Virus record (IMG/VR): IMGVR_UViG_3300010357_001332
Origin: a virus
Lineage: Duplodnaviria; Heunggongvirae; Uroviricota; Caudoviricetes
Reading direction: 5' to 3' (one strand)
Length of the DNA stretch: 64,000 nucleotides
Under the pieces are notes generated by a model. That model was not told the origin of the DNA and ran no database searches. It saw only the letters and a list, made by a program, of their open reading frames with translations. This document shows, piece after piece, positions 24,792 through 35,082 of the stretch (position 1 is its first letter; every line of letters starts with the position of its first letter). Position numbers and translations under genes: made by a program.

Positions 24792-25004
24792 CTAAAAATC
24801 TATTAATATAGTATCTGTTGTATCATATATAATAAATGTACCTCTTTTTATATACCAATCAAGTGTCTGCTGATTTAAATTATGTATAACATCCTTTCTG
24901 TATATACTTGTTAGAATATACATATTATTTTTATACCTATCTATATCAAAACATTCACCTTTTCTGGTAAAAACACTAGATGGTTTACTTACTATAGCTT
25001 TCAA
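24792..25004 (-). CDS. small hypothetical, family A (divergent)
   Basis: KGECFDI..LDWYIKRGTFIIY. Confidence 0.55.
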   Translation of the reverse strand: MKAIVSKPSSVFTRKGECFDIDRYKNNMYILTSIYRKDVIHNLNQQTLDWYIKRGTFIIYDTTDTILIDF

Positions 25005-25080
25005 AAATTTGATCCTAAAATTTTTTATATTTTTTTATATTTATTTTTTGTAGAGGATATATTTTCTTTTGGATGGGAAT

Positions 25081-25350
25081 ATGAAAAAATTATACATTAT
25101 TTTGATTATGTGTTTATGTATGTTCTTTTCAATTGTAGTAGCACAAGAAGATATTTCTAATAAAGATTCTTGTGCTGATATTGAGCAAGCAGAAAAAGAA
25201 GGTAGAATTACTTTATTACAAGTATCCAAAGTTGATTTTGTTGCAGTATGGTATACCACCGAAAAAAAGATAATTAAAATAATTAAGTTTAAATTTGATA
25301 CACCACCGAATATGAATGAATCCAGTAACTTAGTACCAATACAATATTAA
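25081..25350 (+). CDS. secreted small protein
   Basis: Signal peptide MKKLYIILIMCLCMFFSIVVA. Confidence 0.65.
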   Translation: MKKLYIILIMCLCMFFSIVVAQEDISNKDSCADIEQAEKEGRITLLQVSKVDFVAVWYTTEKKIIKIIKFKFDTPPNMNESSNLVPIQY

Positions 25351-25360
25351 ACATAACTAT

Positions 25361-25387
25361 AAAGCCCCTTATTTCTAAGGGGCTTTT
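25361..25387. terminator. bidirectional terminator
   Basis: AAAGCCCCTTA..TAAGGGGCTTTT between convergent genes. Confidence 0.8.
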
Positions 25388-25391
25388 GATT

Positions 25392-25847
25392 CTACTTGAT
25401 AGTTATTTGCTTCGTGGCAAACTTTTCTTTTTGTGGTATATTAATTGTAAGTAAACCATCTTTAACTTCTGCTTGTGCTTTCATATAATCTAATTTATTC
25501 GATAGTTTTATACGTTTTTCAAAAGAATTCTTTTTAATTTTACCATCAATAAGTCTCCAAGAAGTATCTATATCTTCCTGATCCTGAACTTCACCTCTTA
25601 CAATAATACCATCATCTTCTGCCTCTAATTTAATATCATCTTTTGACATACCTGTTACTGTAATCTCTATCTTGATCTCCTTCTTATCATTTACATAGAT
25701 ATTGGTTATTGGATAACCTTGAGAATGCACAACATCGTGAAAATCAGAAAAGAGAAAATCTGGGAAAGCTACATTAACAAATCCTTCCAGATCCCTAAAA
25801 AATGGCGAGGCATCTTGAGACAATAAGCGTGCTAATTGTTTAGTCAT
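25392..25847 (-). CDS. small heat-shock protein Hsp20/alpha-crystallin
   Basis: YPITNIY..G.SKDDI..FEKRI.L..AEVKDGLLTINIP. Confidence 0.92.
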   Translation of the reverse strand: MTKQLARLLSQDASPFFRDLEGFVNVAFPDFLFSDFHDVVHSQGYPITNIYVNDKKEIKIEITVTGMSKDDIKLEAEDDGIIVRGEVQDQEDIDTSWRLIDGKIKKNSFEKRIKLSNKLDYMKAQAEVKDGLLTINIPQKEKFATKQITIK

Positions 25848-25965
25848 AATTTTTACTCCTTTTGGTAGTAATTTTGTTGATCTTTATAAGTATCAACATG
25901 AGATTTTTTATCTCAAAATTAAAATAATAAAATATTTTAAAAGAGTCAATTATTTTTTTTTAAAA

Positions 25966-26616
25966 TTAATAATTAAAACTAATTTTATTATCACCAAGAG
26001 TAATATCTGAAGTTTCTTCACCAGAACTATTAAGAAGTTTTAGTTTTTCTTCTTCTTGTTGTTTCTTTTTATATGCAAACCAAGCTAATTGAACTCTGTA
26101 ATGTTCTCCTGCAATATCGTTCGCAATCTTTGTAGATAATATAAAACCATTTACATTTTTGGGTTCTAACCATTTTTTAAAAGAATTAAGAATTTTAGAT
26201 GTAATTGGATAATTATTTTCTGAATTTAATATGGTTTTAGTACCATTTTGTGTAATTTCTGTGGAATTGGTTATTTTTAAATAACTTTCAATATATCTAA
26301 TTCCTGTAATAAGTTTTTCATTAAATTTGTTTGTACTTACAGAACTAGGTAAGTTATCGGCTAAAATATCATCTACATCGCTTGTCATTTCATAATTAGA
26401 ATTATAATCTACATATAATCTATCATTAAGTTTTTTCTGTAATTGTAAAGTAGCTACATTAGTAGAATTATTCTTATTAACATTTACTGCAATAAATCCT
26501 AAAATTATAGAAATAATAATTAATTGAATCCAAATCAACCATAAAACTAGATTTTTCTTTTCTTTTACTGTATTTTTTATTCTTGGTACAGTAGATTTTT
26601 TAATATTAGTATTCAT
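25966..26616 (-). CDS. single-TM hypothetical protein
   Basis: TM LVLWLIWIQLIIISIILGFIAV. Confidence 0.7.
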   Translation of the reverse strand: MNTNIKKSTVPRIKNTVKEKKNLVLWLIWIQLIIISIILGFIAVNVNKNNSTNVATLQLQKKLNDRLYVDYNSNYEMTSDVDDILADNLPSSVSTNKFNEKLITGIRYIESYLKITNSTEITQNGTKTILNSENNYPITSKILNSFKKWLEPKNVNGFILSTKIANDIAGEHYRVQLAWFAYKKKQQEEEKLKLLNSSGEETSDITLGDNKISFNY

Positions 26617-27203
26617 TTATTTGCTCCTCTTTACAGGAATTTTATTAATTATATAAGAAAAATAATTTTTAGATCTTATGTTATTATGATTTTTTTCATC
26701 ATAATTTTTTTTAAGATCTAAAAGATTATTTAATAAAATAAGTATTAAAAAAGTAGAAAATATATAACAAAGTTTTCTACAGAATTTAATGAATTTTTCG
26801 TCTGTATATTGTTTCATAATATTTTATATAATGATTGTATCTTTAATGTCTTATATATTAATAATAAGATAAGTTAACAGATTTAACAACTACCGTTTGA
26901 AATCAACTATTAATTCTTCGTTTATAAGAATTGGATTTTCTTCTTCCGTGTTTTGCTAAATTAATAGGATATTGTTGACCAGGAAGAAGCCCCATCTTTT
27001 TTACTGAGTATTCTTCTTCATTTAATTCATCTGCTTTATTTAATAAATTATTGATTTTATCGTATTGATTTTCTAATACATTTAAAATCTTGTATAATTC
27101 AGAAGAAACTAAAATATATCTCGGAAACACACAAATTTGATTCCCTTCTAAAAACTTATCTTCTTTTATTTCTACTTCAATCTTTGTTTTTAATGGCATA
27201 TAA

Positions 27204-27578
27204 TTATATGGATATATCTGAAATAGAAAAACCAAAAGGAACAGAATCTATCTGAGATATATTAATAGATTCGTTAGTGTTATTAACCGAAGTTGTATAT
27301 CCAACACTTATGTTAGTATTACTAGATGTTACATTACCAATAATAGGTGTTGTGTACACTGGTGTATACGTATAGCTAATAAACCCCCCGGGTTTATAGT
27401 CTATTATCTTGCATTTTTTTAATATATTTTGTATTACAGTGGTATTAGATATGTTTGTAATAATTTCAAATAAATCTTTACTCATAAAGATTTTAAAACA
27501 TTTTATATCATAATATATGTCTGTACCTTGCAAATCCTTATCTATCAAAAAACTAAATGTTATTGGTGAAGATTCCAT
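27204..27578 (-). CDS. hypothetical protein
   Basis: AGGAG RBS. Confidence 0.55.
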   Translation of the reverse strand: MESSPITFSFLIDKDLQGTDIYYDIKCFKIFMSKDLFEIITNISNTTVIQNILKKCKIIDYKPGGFISYTYTPVYTTPIIGNVTSSNTNISVGYTTSVNNTNESINISQIDSVPFGFSISDISI

Positions 27579-27673
27579 ATAAACTCCTATTGTTAAATAA
27601 TATATAAGTAAACCTTAAAATTTCTTTCTAAAAAATTATTTTTTTTAAAAATTAGATATCAAGGAATAGTTTT

Positions 27674-28030
27674 ATGCCAGATCTAACTAGACAACAAGCT
27701 CTTCAAGAAATACAAAAATTACTTGAACAGCAAGATGATTATCTTATTGAATTCATTTTAAATCGAATATATGAAAAGCTAGAAATAGACGATTATGTTA
27801 ATATCACTGATACCTTACAAGATCCAACGGAATTTCGTTATGATAAACAAAAATTGATTCAAGAAGCTATTCGACTTTTAGAAATGCCAGACAAACCAGA
27901 ATATCTAGTATCTAGATTTAAAGCGGTGTATATGTTACTAGAAGATCTAGCAGAACTAGAATTATCTGAAGAAGCTTCTTATGAAGAAATAGACGCTTTA
28001 GTAGATTCTTGGATAGAAGAAAGTAAATAA
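27674..28030 (+). CDS. acidic hypothetical protein
   Basis: AAGGA RBS; plus-strand island. Confidence 0.7.
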   Translation: MPDLTRQQALQEIQKLLEQQDDYLIEFILNRIYEKLEIDDYVNITDTLQDPTEFRYDKQKLIQEAIRLLEMPDKPEYLVSRFKAVYMLLEDLAELELSEEASYEEIDALVDSWIEESK

Positions 28031-28032
28031 CT

Positions 28033-28428
28033 ATGGATTATCAAAATTTTATAAATAGCATTAAAACCTCTATGTATAATTTTCTTGTTAAAAAAGCAGA
28101 CGTTATTAAAGATAATATTGATCTTTATGGTAATATTCTTATAAGCAGATTACAATCTAATGAAGATCCTGAAGAAGTTATTCTGGATATTCTAACCTGG
28201 ATTATAGAAGATTCTATGGAAGATTGTATAATTAATAAAGATTATACACCACAAGAAGCTTTAAATTATATGATCGGTACACATATAGATAACTGGCTTA
28301 AAGAATTTATTTCTACTAATCCTATACTCGCACCTAATCGAGAAGAATATAATTCCATTATTGCTTCTATTAATTTATCTGATATATTCAAAAAAGTTAG
28401 AGATCAGTTATTTAATTATTACAAATAA
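28033..28428 (+). CDS. acidic hypothetical protein
   Basis: Co-transcribed with 27674..28030. Confidence 0.7.
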   Translation: MDYQNFINSIKTSMYNFLVKKADVIKDNIDLYGNILISRLQSNEDPEEVILDILTWIIEDSMEDCIINKDYTPQEALNYMIGTHIDNWLKEFISTNPILAPNREEYNSIIASINLSDIFKKVRDQLFNYYK

Positions 28429-28599
28429 CTCTTTTATTAGGTTGCTTATACCCATAAACAATTAAGGTATTAGTTAAAGCAGAAAAAATTAGGCCTGAAA
28501 TTTTCAGGCCTTTTAATTCTGATTGTAACTTTAAATCTTCCCAATTCACATCTATCTCGATTTCTTCCAAACTGTCTATATTTTTTAGTATTCCTTTCA

Positions 28600-29670
28600 T
28601 TAATTTATATGATCTAAAATCATATTAGTAGCAATATAAGCTCTTTCGTCTTCATATCCATAAATAATAAATGAAGCATAGTCATTTAGAAAAGGCAAAG
28701 GATCCACACGATTATGTGCCAGATCGTGCATATCTAAATGTAAATGAGCACCAAAACTATATCCAACATCTGCATACTGACCTAATAATTGATTTTTTGC
28801 TACTTTTTGACCTTGTCTAACCTTTAGATTTACTAAATGAAGGTATCTCATTAGATAGGTTTTCCCACCAATTTTGGATTGAATTACACAGTAATTACCA
28901 CCAGAATTTCTCCAGTCTGTCCATCTAGTTTTGGGATTATATTTATTAAATACTTTAACTACCACACCACCTTCAAATGCATAAACTCTTCTATCAAAAT
29001 TGCTTATTTTCATGTCAACACCGTCATGAAATAAACCAATACCTCGTGTTATTCTAATTCCATTTTTTAATAAAACACCCGACCAAATAGGATAACTCAT
29101 TTCAGATATCATTAGAATAGAAGGATCTCCTTTTCTTACAACAGGATAAGTTGTTTTCAAGTCTGGAGTCCAGGTCATGTATTTAATATACTCACCTGTA
29201 ACTTCTTCAATAATACCTATCCTGTGGGATTGTACCTTTCCGTACCAGGTCCCCCTAAAAATAATTAAACTACCGGGTTTAGGTGCAGAGCTAGAAGGTG
29301 ATAATCCTACTTCGATGTATGCGTTGATTCTTTTAACAAACATTACCGAATCATCATTACCATCAATATTTGCACCTAATTCATTTAATACCTTTGCTAT
29401 TGCTTGAATAGTTGTATGATTTTTTGTGAATCCTCTTAGAGAGTTAAACCAGATAATGTGTAAATCATCTGGTTGTAACGTATTATACTTATCTAGACTA
29501 TTTCTATTTTTAGCTAGCATAACAAATCTTTTTTCAAACACAAAACCCATATTATTTCTATAATCGAGATAGATTAGAGATAGAATACTTCCAAAGAATA
29601 TAAAGCATGCTACAATTGCTAACATGACTTTAGCATTCTTTTTAAGAAATTCTTTTATCGTATCTTGCAT
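28600..29670 (-). CDS. membrane-anchored M23 metallopeptidase
   Basis: HDGVD, GGNY.VI, Y.HL, G.S.GAHLH, VDP; N-terminal TM; AAGGAG RBS before MQDT (ORF open to 29901). Confidence 0.88.
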   Translation of the reverse strand: MQDTIKEFLKKNAKVMLAIVACFIFFGSILSLIYLDYRNNMGFVFEKRFVMLAKNRNSLDKYNTLQPDDLHIIWFNSLRGFTKNHTTIQAIAKVLNELGANIDGNDDSVMFVKRINAYIEVGLSPSSSAPKPGSLIIFRGTWYGKVQSHRIGIIEEVTGEYIKYMTWTPDLKTTYPVVRKGDPSILMISEMSYPIWSGVLLKNGIRITRGIGLFHDGVDMKISNFDRRVYAFEGGVVVKVFNKYNPKTRWTDWRNSGGNYCVIQSKIGGKTYLMRYLHLVNLKVRQGQKVAKNQLLGQYADVGYSFGAHLHLDMHDLAHNRVDPLPFLNDYASFIIYGYEDERAYIATNMILDHIN

Positions 29671-29933
29671 AGTTCTCTCCTTCAGTATTTTTTCTAGCTT
29701 TAGCATATAAGACATACATAAAGCTAGGAATTTCTTTACCTTAGGTGTTATTAGTGATAAAGAAAAAAAGTAAAAAGAACGAATTTTCTTCACCTGTGTA
29801 ATCTCTTTTTGAGATCCTTGAGGATTAGAATTTTTGTTCCTCTTATCTTGGCTAACTTTCTTTCCAGACAGAATAGTTAGCAGATTAGTATCTACTTTCA
29901 TTTTAGTATTCTCCCAAAACTATATAATTAGTT

Positions 29934-30563
29934 TTAATTTTCTTCCGAAGTTACCTCTAGAGAAGGATCCAGAAATCCTGAAGGTCTACGATAACCTTTC
30001 TTTCTTCCTGCATTTCCTTCTTTATCAGTTGCTTGTGAATGTCGTAAAGATCTTTGAAAAGTGCTGTTGGCTTTATGTAGATAAAAGTTAGCAACTTCAC
30101 TGCATAATCTCATAATTAGTAAGTTTCTAACTGAATCGTCATAACCAGAATGAAGCGGAGTAGGATGTTTTTTAATAGCAATTATTCGTGAATGTATTTC
30201 TTGTTCTCTAGTATCAAATATCATTAAACCATATGAAGGATTAACATCTTGTATAAATCTTTCTGCTAATCTTGCGAGGTTTTTTGGAACACAAATATAG
30301 TATTTGTTAGGAACATGTTTAGCAACTAGATCACCTTCTAAACTTTTAAAGTAATCATGTTTCTTCTTTTGTAATTCTAGATCGAGTAAATCACTTTTAA
30401 CTACTTTGGTTTCTACTTCTATAATTTCGCTACCTGTATCACATAGCACGTCTGCAATACCACTCATTTCTGAGTAGTTAACTTCAGTAGCAGAGATCCA
30501 GAATCTCTCGAATCTAAAATAACTTATTACTGCTGCTTTTAAGTGTTCTGCTGTTACTTCCAT
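29934..30563 (-). CDS. MmcB-like PD-(D/E)xK nuclease
   Basis: ADVL..IEVETK..SDL..D..K; NKYYICVP. Confidence 0.7.
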   Translation of the reverse strand: MEVTAEHLKAAVISYFRFERFWISATEVNYSEMSGIADVLCDTGSEIIEVETKVVKSDLLDLELQKKKHDYFKSLEGDLVAKHVPNKYYICVPKNLARLAERFIQDVNPSYGLMIFDTREQEIHSRIIAIKKHPTPLHSGYDDSVRNLLIMRLCSEVANFYLHKANSTFQRSLRHSQATDKEGNAGRKKGYRRPSGFLDPSLEVTSEEN

Positions 30564-30604
30564 GTCCTATAATGAATTATTGGTTTCATATCATATTTTT
30601 AAGG

Positions 30605-31582
30605 TTAAAATATATATTTTACAAGATTGATTTTCTTTGGATTTCTCCAATCATCCTCCCAAAGAATACTAACTTTATAACCAAGATTTTGTAAATTTAT
30701 TATTCTAATAAGATCTTTTTTCCAAATTTCTTCTGCAGTTAATTGGATATGTTTATGATAATAGTTACTACTAAATTTAAGAGGATTACAATGCCAATAA
30801 TCGCCAAAACATTCCATGATTTCATTAGTGTTTTTATTGTATAAATCTACAGTATATCCTGTATCTTGTATAAAGTATTCCATTATCCAGTTTTTATCTA
30901 TAGTGATTAACATATTAAAGATTTCTTGTTGAAAACTACTAATAGTATGTACTTTCGAAATTGCCCTGCAGTTATTATTTGTTCTCCACTTTTCTTTTGC
31001 TAAAGCTATCATTTTTTCTTTATATTCAGGATTTTTGTATAAGATTTTTTGTGCTTCACTTCGTTTTTTCTTTACTTCAGGATTTTGTAAACTTTTTCTT
31101 ACCTTGGTCGAAACTAATTCTGCATATTCTGGATTAGACCAAAGTATCTTTGCGTTCATACTTCGTTTTTCTTTGGATTCTAATGTATTAGCAGCTTCTT
31201 TAGTTCTTAATCGATGATTTTCTCTAAAATCATCTGATTCAAATAATTTTTTTAAGGATCTACTTACATTTTCACGCATCTGCTGACTGTGTTGTTTTTC
31301 TTTAATTTCTTGAACTTGATTAGGACTTTCTGTTCCATATTTCTTGAGAGAAGTTTCTATTTGTTTACACTTTCTACAAAGTTGATTATCTAAATTCAAT
31401 GAATTTTTGAGTATAATAAATTCTGAATTACATTTATTACAAGAAACTATAATTTTATCATACGATCTTGCAATTTCTAAATTACAAATAATACTAGTAG
31501 TTTTATTTCCAGATAAAACTACCTCTTTTATACTACAATCACCATAAATTGGTATATTATTTCTAATAATTCCTTTTAACAA
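30605..31582 (-). CDS. free-standing homing-endonuclease-like protein (helical DNA-binding repeats + Vsr/EDxHD-like nuclease)
   Basis: KKYG..P, repeated W/L.NPE..EK.S, C-terminal VDL..ECFGDYWH..LWEDD. Confidence 0.75.
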   Translation of the reverse strand: MLKGIIRNNIPIYGDCSIKEVVLSGNKTTSIICNLEIARSYDKIIVSCNKCNSEFIILKNSLNLDNQLCRKCKQIETSLKKYGTESPNQVQEIKEKQHSQQMRENVSRSLKKLFESDDFRENHRLRTKEAANTLESKEKRSMNAKILWSNPEYAELVSTKVRKSLQNPEVKKKRSEAQKILYKNPEYKEKMIALAKEKWRTNNNCRAISKVHTISSFQQEIFNMLITIDKNWIMEYFIQDTGYTVDLYNKNTNEIMECFGDYWHCNPLKFSSNYYHKHIQLTAEEIWKKDLIRIINLQNLGYKVSILWEDDWRNPKKINLVKYIF

Positions 31583-31603
31583 GTTAATATAACTCCCTAC
31601 AAC

Positions 31604-33937
31604 TTAATTGCATACCGAAAATCCACAAGATGGACAGCATATACAGCCTTCTTTGTAAGCTAGTTTATTACCGCAAGAAGGGCATTTACCTGCTTCTTGT
31701 CCATCTTCTATGTATTTCTTAAGAGTTCTTGCTAATACTTTTGCAAGATGCGTAATATCGCCTTCACTTTTATTTAGAGTTTCAACTACATATTGAATGG
31801 GAGCACCATGCCTTAATCCCATTGAAATAGTTCTAGCAAAAGCATCATTTTCTTTATTAGCAAAGGTCTTACAAATATTACTTACTATAATTTCACCATC
31901 ATATTCGAATGAATAATGTCTTGATTTTTGTTTTATAATAAACCCTTCAGTTATATTTTTTGGTATAGTAACATCTTCAGAAGATCCAGCAAAAATCTCA
32001 TATGGTTTATTCTCCAAAAGACCAACAAATACAACCCAAGCTTTTCCTTGATACATTACTTTGTATACATCACATGGGAGTTTCTTAGGTCTTTTGGGTG
32101 CATGTCTTTCTACAATTTTATCTCCATTCCCATTTAAAGAAGTATTATGAACAAGTATTCCTTCTCTACACCCATCTCTATAAATAGTAACTCCTATTAT
32201 TCCTCTTTTGTGTGCTTCTATAAATACTTCTGCAACTTCTTCTTTTGTAGCAGTAGAAGGTAAATTCACTGTTTTTGAAACTGAAAGTGCAGTTTGATTA
32301 CACGCAGCTTCTAGTATATCTAAATGTTCTATTGGTGTTAAGTCACCTGCAGTAACGAATATTTTTCTTATTTCTTCAGGTATATCTTTACATTTTTGGC
32401 AGGATCCTTGATTTTCAGTAATTTCTTTAAGAATCTTTTCTTTTGTTTGTTTATCAAAAGTTTCATCTAGATATTTTTCAAAGATAGGATCTGTAATATA
32501 TACAACTTCATATTCTCTATTAAGTTTTTCAATTTTTCTAGCATATGATAAAGCAAATACTGGTTCAATACCACCAGAGACATTAGCTATAAAACTAATA
32601 CTTCCGGTAGGTGCAATTGAAGTAGTAGCTGAATTTCTAACACCATATTCTTTAATCTCTTTTTTTAATTCTTCAATATTAATATCTCTACAATTTTTTG
32701 TGAAAAATCTTTCATTAGCTTTCATATATAAATCTATATTTATTGCTTCATATCCTCCAATAGAAGCTTTATTAGAAATAAACTGCCATTTCGAATCCTT
32801 AGATAGCTGATATTCTCGATATTCCTTAGCTAATTTTACTGATTCTTGCATAGACCGTAAAGTAAGATATCGTATAACATCCTCAGTAAATTGTTTTGCT
32901 TTTTCTGAGTTATAAGGAATATCCTTAAGATATAGAGCATGAGCTAGACCCATTATACCTATACCTATTGCTCGTACTTTTAGTGTAGTTTCTAGTATTT
33001 TTCTGAGAGGATAATTATTAACATCTAGCGTATTATTTATAAATCTTGTTGCATGTACTATTGTTTCTTCAAATCGTTCCCAATTAAATCTTTTTCCATC
33101 TAACATTTTTACTAGATTAATAGATCCTAGAGCACAGGAGGTATAAGGTATATTTGTATATTCTGAACACGGGTTCATAATAACATTCGTATTAAGATGA
33201 GTAACTGTACATCTATCAAATGCTATAGTTTCATTAAAAATACCAGGTTCTGCACATTTCCATGCTTGAGAAATAATAAGATCCCAAAGTTGTTTTACAG
33301 ACACCTTGTTTCCTTTAATATCTTCTAAATCTTTATATGAATTATCTTTAAATTTAACTTTATGAATACTTTCGGGATCTTTTTCTAATTTTTCATAAAA
33401 ACTAGAAGGTATCATGATAGATAAATTTAACCTATTTATTTTAGATAAAGTATCTTTTAACTTAATAAATTCTAATATATCTGGATGCTCAATAGAAAGT
33501 AATCCAGCACCTGCGCCTCTTCGTTTACCACCTTGGCGAATACTATCAAGCATAGAATTAAAATTTTCAATAAATGCTAAAGGTCCGCTTGATTTTGCAT
33601 CCAAAGTTTTAATAATTTCTTGTGACGAACGTAATGTAGAAAAGTTTAGCCCAATTCCTCCCCCACTTTTAGTTACTATAGCACATTCTTTTAATGCATC
33701 GAATATACCTTCAATAGAATCTTCAATATTCATGGGAAAGCAGGAACTTAATGTTCCGGATCTTTTATCAGTACCACCATTCATAAGTGTAGGTGTAGAT
33801 GGAATAAACCACATATCCTTTATATACGATTCTATGGGTGGATAGATTGTACTAACTCTTTTTGAAATATCTTCCCAAGAACTTTCACCATCAACAAAGT
33901 ATCTATCTTGAAGTAGCTTCAAAATTGCATCATTCAT
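31604..33937 (-). CDS. nrdJ: class II (B12-dependent) ribonucleotide reductase with TSCPD/zinc-ribbon tail
   Basis: PSTPTLMN, LSSCF, GGGIG, NPCSE, IAPTG, VSKTVN, YRDG, RPK.L, SMGLRHG, CPSC; no nrdB adjacent; GGAG RBS before MNDAI. Confidence 0.9.
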   Translation of the reverse strand: MNDAILKLLQDRYFVDGESSWEDISKRVSTIYPPIESYIKDMWFIPSTPTLMNGGTDKRSGTLSSCFPMNIEDSIEGIFDALKECAIVTKSGGGIGLNFSTLRSSQEIIKTLDAKSSGPLAFIENFNSMLDSIRQGGKRRGAGAGLLSIEHPDILEFIKLKDTLSKINRLNLSIMIPSSFYEKLEKDPESIHKVKFKDNSYKDLEDIKGNKVSVKQLWDLIISQAWKCAEPGIFNETIAFDRCTVTHLNTNVIMNPCSEYTNIPYTSCALGSINLVKMLDGKRFNWERFEETIVHATRFINNTLDVNNYPLRKILETTLKVRAIGIGIMGLAHALYLKDIPYNSEKAKQFTEDVIRYLTLRSMQESVKLAKEYREYQLSKDSKWQFISNKASIGGYEAINIDLYMKANERFFTKNCRDINIEELKKEIKEYGVRNSATTSIAPTGSISFIANVSGGIEPVFALSYARKIEKLNREYEVVYITDPIFEKYLDETFDKQTKEKILKEITENQGSCQKCKDIPEEIRKIFVTAGDLTPIEHLDILEAACNQTALSVSKTVNLPSTATKEEVAEVFIEAHKRGIIGVTIYRDGCREGILVHNTSLNGNGDKIVERHAPKRPKKLPCDVYKVMYQGKAWVVFVGLLENKPYEIFAGSSEDVTIPKNITEGFIIKQKSRHYSFEYDGEIIVSNICKTFANKENDAFARTISMGLRHGAPIQYVVETLNKSEGDITHLAKVLARTLKKYIEDGQEAGKCPSCGNKLAYKEGCICCPSCGFSVCN

Positions 33938-34050
33938 TAATATCTCCGAAAACAAGTTAAATTATGTAAAGAAATCATAAGTAGGTTGGAGTTTCATTTC
34001 ATTTGGTATTCTTTATAATATATAAAACTAACTTTATTCTAGAAATAAAG

Positions 34051-34398
34051 TTAGTGTATAATATTATTTTCTTTATCTTGAAGAATTACAGATTCAAATA
34101 TAGGATCTTTTAAATACTGCGTTTTAATGATTTTATTCGATTTATCTATTAAAGAACATTTTAATTCTTCATTTTCGCTGTAACTAAGAATGAGTTTATA
34201 TTGTTCAAATTCATCTGCTTCTACTGTTACTAATCCCACTCTAGTTATATTTTTAAGTTTTTTAACTTGAGATTTAATCTGGCGTATAGACATATTGTCT
34301 ATTCTTAGTTCTAAAATTTCTGGTTCTTCATGATAAATTTCCAGAAAAGAATAATTTATAGACAAAGCTCTATTAATCAAATTCTGATGATAGCTCAT
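34051..34398 (-). CDS. hypothetical protein
   Basis: Preceded by promoter at 34416-34444. Confidence 0.65.
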   Translation of the reverse strand: MSYHQNLINRALSINYSFLEIYHEEPEILELRIDNMSIRQIKSQVKKLKNITRVGLVTVEADEFEQYKLILSYSENEELKCSLIDKSNKIIKTQYLKDPIFESVILQDKENNIIH

Positions 34399-34415
34399 AT
34401 TCGATATCTTAAAAT

Positions 34416-34444
34416 ATAATAATTAAATTAAATTTCAACAACTA
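34416..34444 (-). promoter_or_regulatory. promoter variant TAGTTG-N17-TATTAT
   Basis: One mismatch to the early motif, same spacing. Confidence 0.55.
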
Positions 34445-34448
34445 GTAA

Positions 34449-35063
34449 CTAGAATCTATAGTTAAGCATTAAATCTATTCCAGCTGCATAAGCAGTTTTA
34501 TCAAAAGCACCATAACCACTAACAGCACCGCCGAGACCAAATGCACCCCAGAAATGGGTATAACTTACTTTACCACCAATAAGAGGCATGAATCTATGTC
34601 CTGTATTATCATATACAAATAATACTGAAGGACCAAATCCTATATTATGAGATTTTGTAGGACAATTGAAATCTATATTAAAAAAAGCTGTAGTAATTTT
34701 GCAAGTATCCTTTGCTATAACTTTAAGTTTCTTTTCAGTTTCCATAGTAACTGCAATATCTATAACTTTTCCACAAACTGAATTTTTCTCAACAGGTTTA
34801 TAAATAGTAGTATGTGGTATGGGTTTTCCGGGTGTTATATCTGGTTTACCTTCTGGTTCACAAGTTTTAGTTCCTATTATGTATAATCCTAAACCTACAC
34901 CGCCATGAGTAATTAATAATATAGCAACAATAATAAGAGCTTTTTTCCATGTAGCCATTGTTTTCACCTTTTCCCAAAAAGTATTAAAAAATGTAGGAAG
35001 AGTTGTTATGAAAAATACTTTTACTTTTTCAAGAAATGCTAGTAATTTAGGTAAATCTGCCAT
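34449..35063 (-). CDS. putative spanin-like protein (N-terminal TM, C-terminal amphipathic beta strands)
   Basis: TM ALIIVAILLITHGGVGLGLYII; ends IDLMLNYRF; follows holin-like gene. Confidence 0.5.
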   Translation of the reverse strand: MADLPKLLAFLEKVKVFFITTLPTFFNTFWEKVKTMATWKKALIIVAILLITHGGVGLGLYIIGTKTCEPEGKPDITPGKPIPHTTIYKPVEKNSVCGKVIDIAVTMETEKKLKVIAKDTCKITTAFFNIDFNCPTKSHNIGFGPSVLFVYDNTGHRFMPLIGGKVSYTHFWGAFGLGGAVSGYGAFDKTAYAAGIDLMLNYRF

Positions 35064-35082
35064 AAAATAACTCCTTTAAAAT

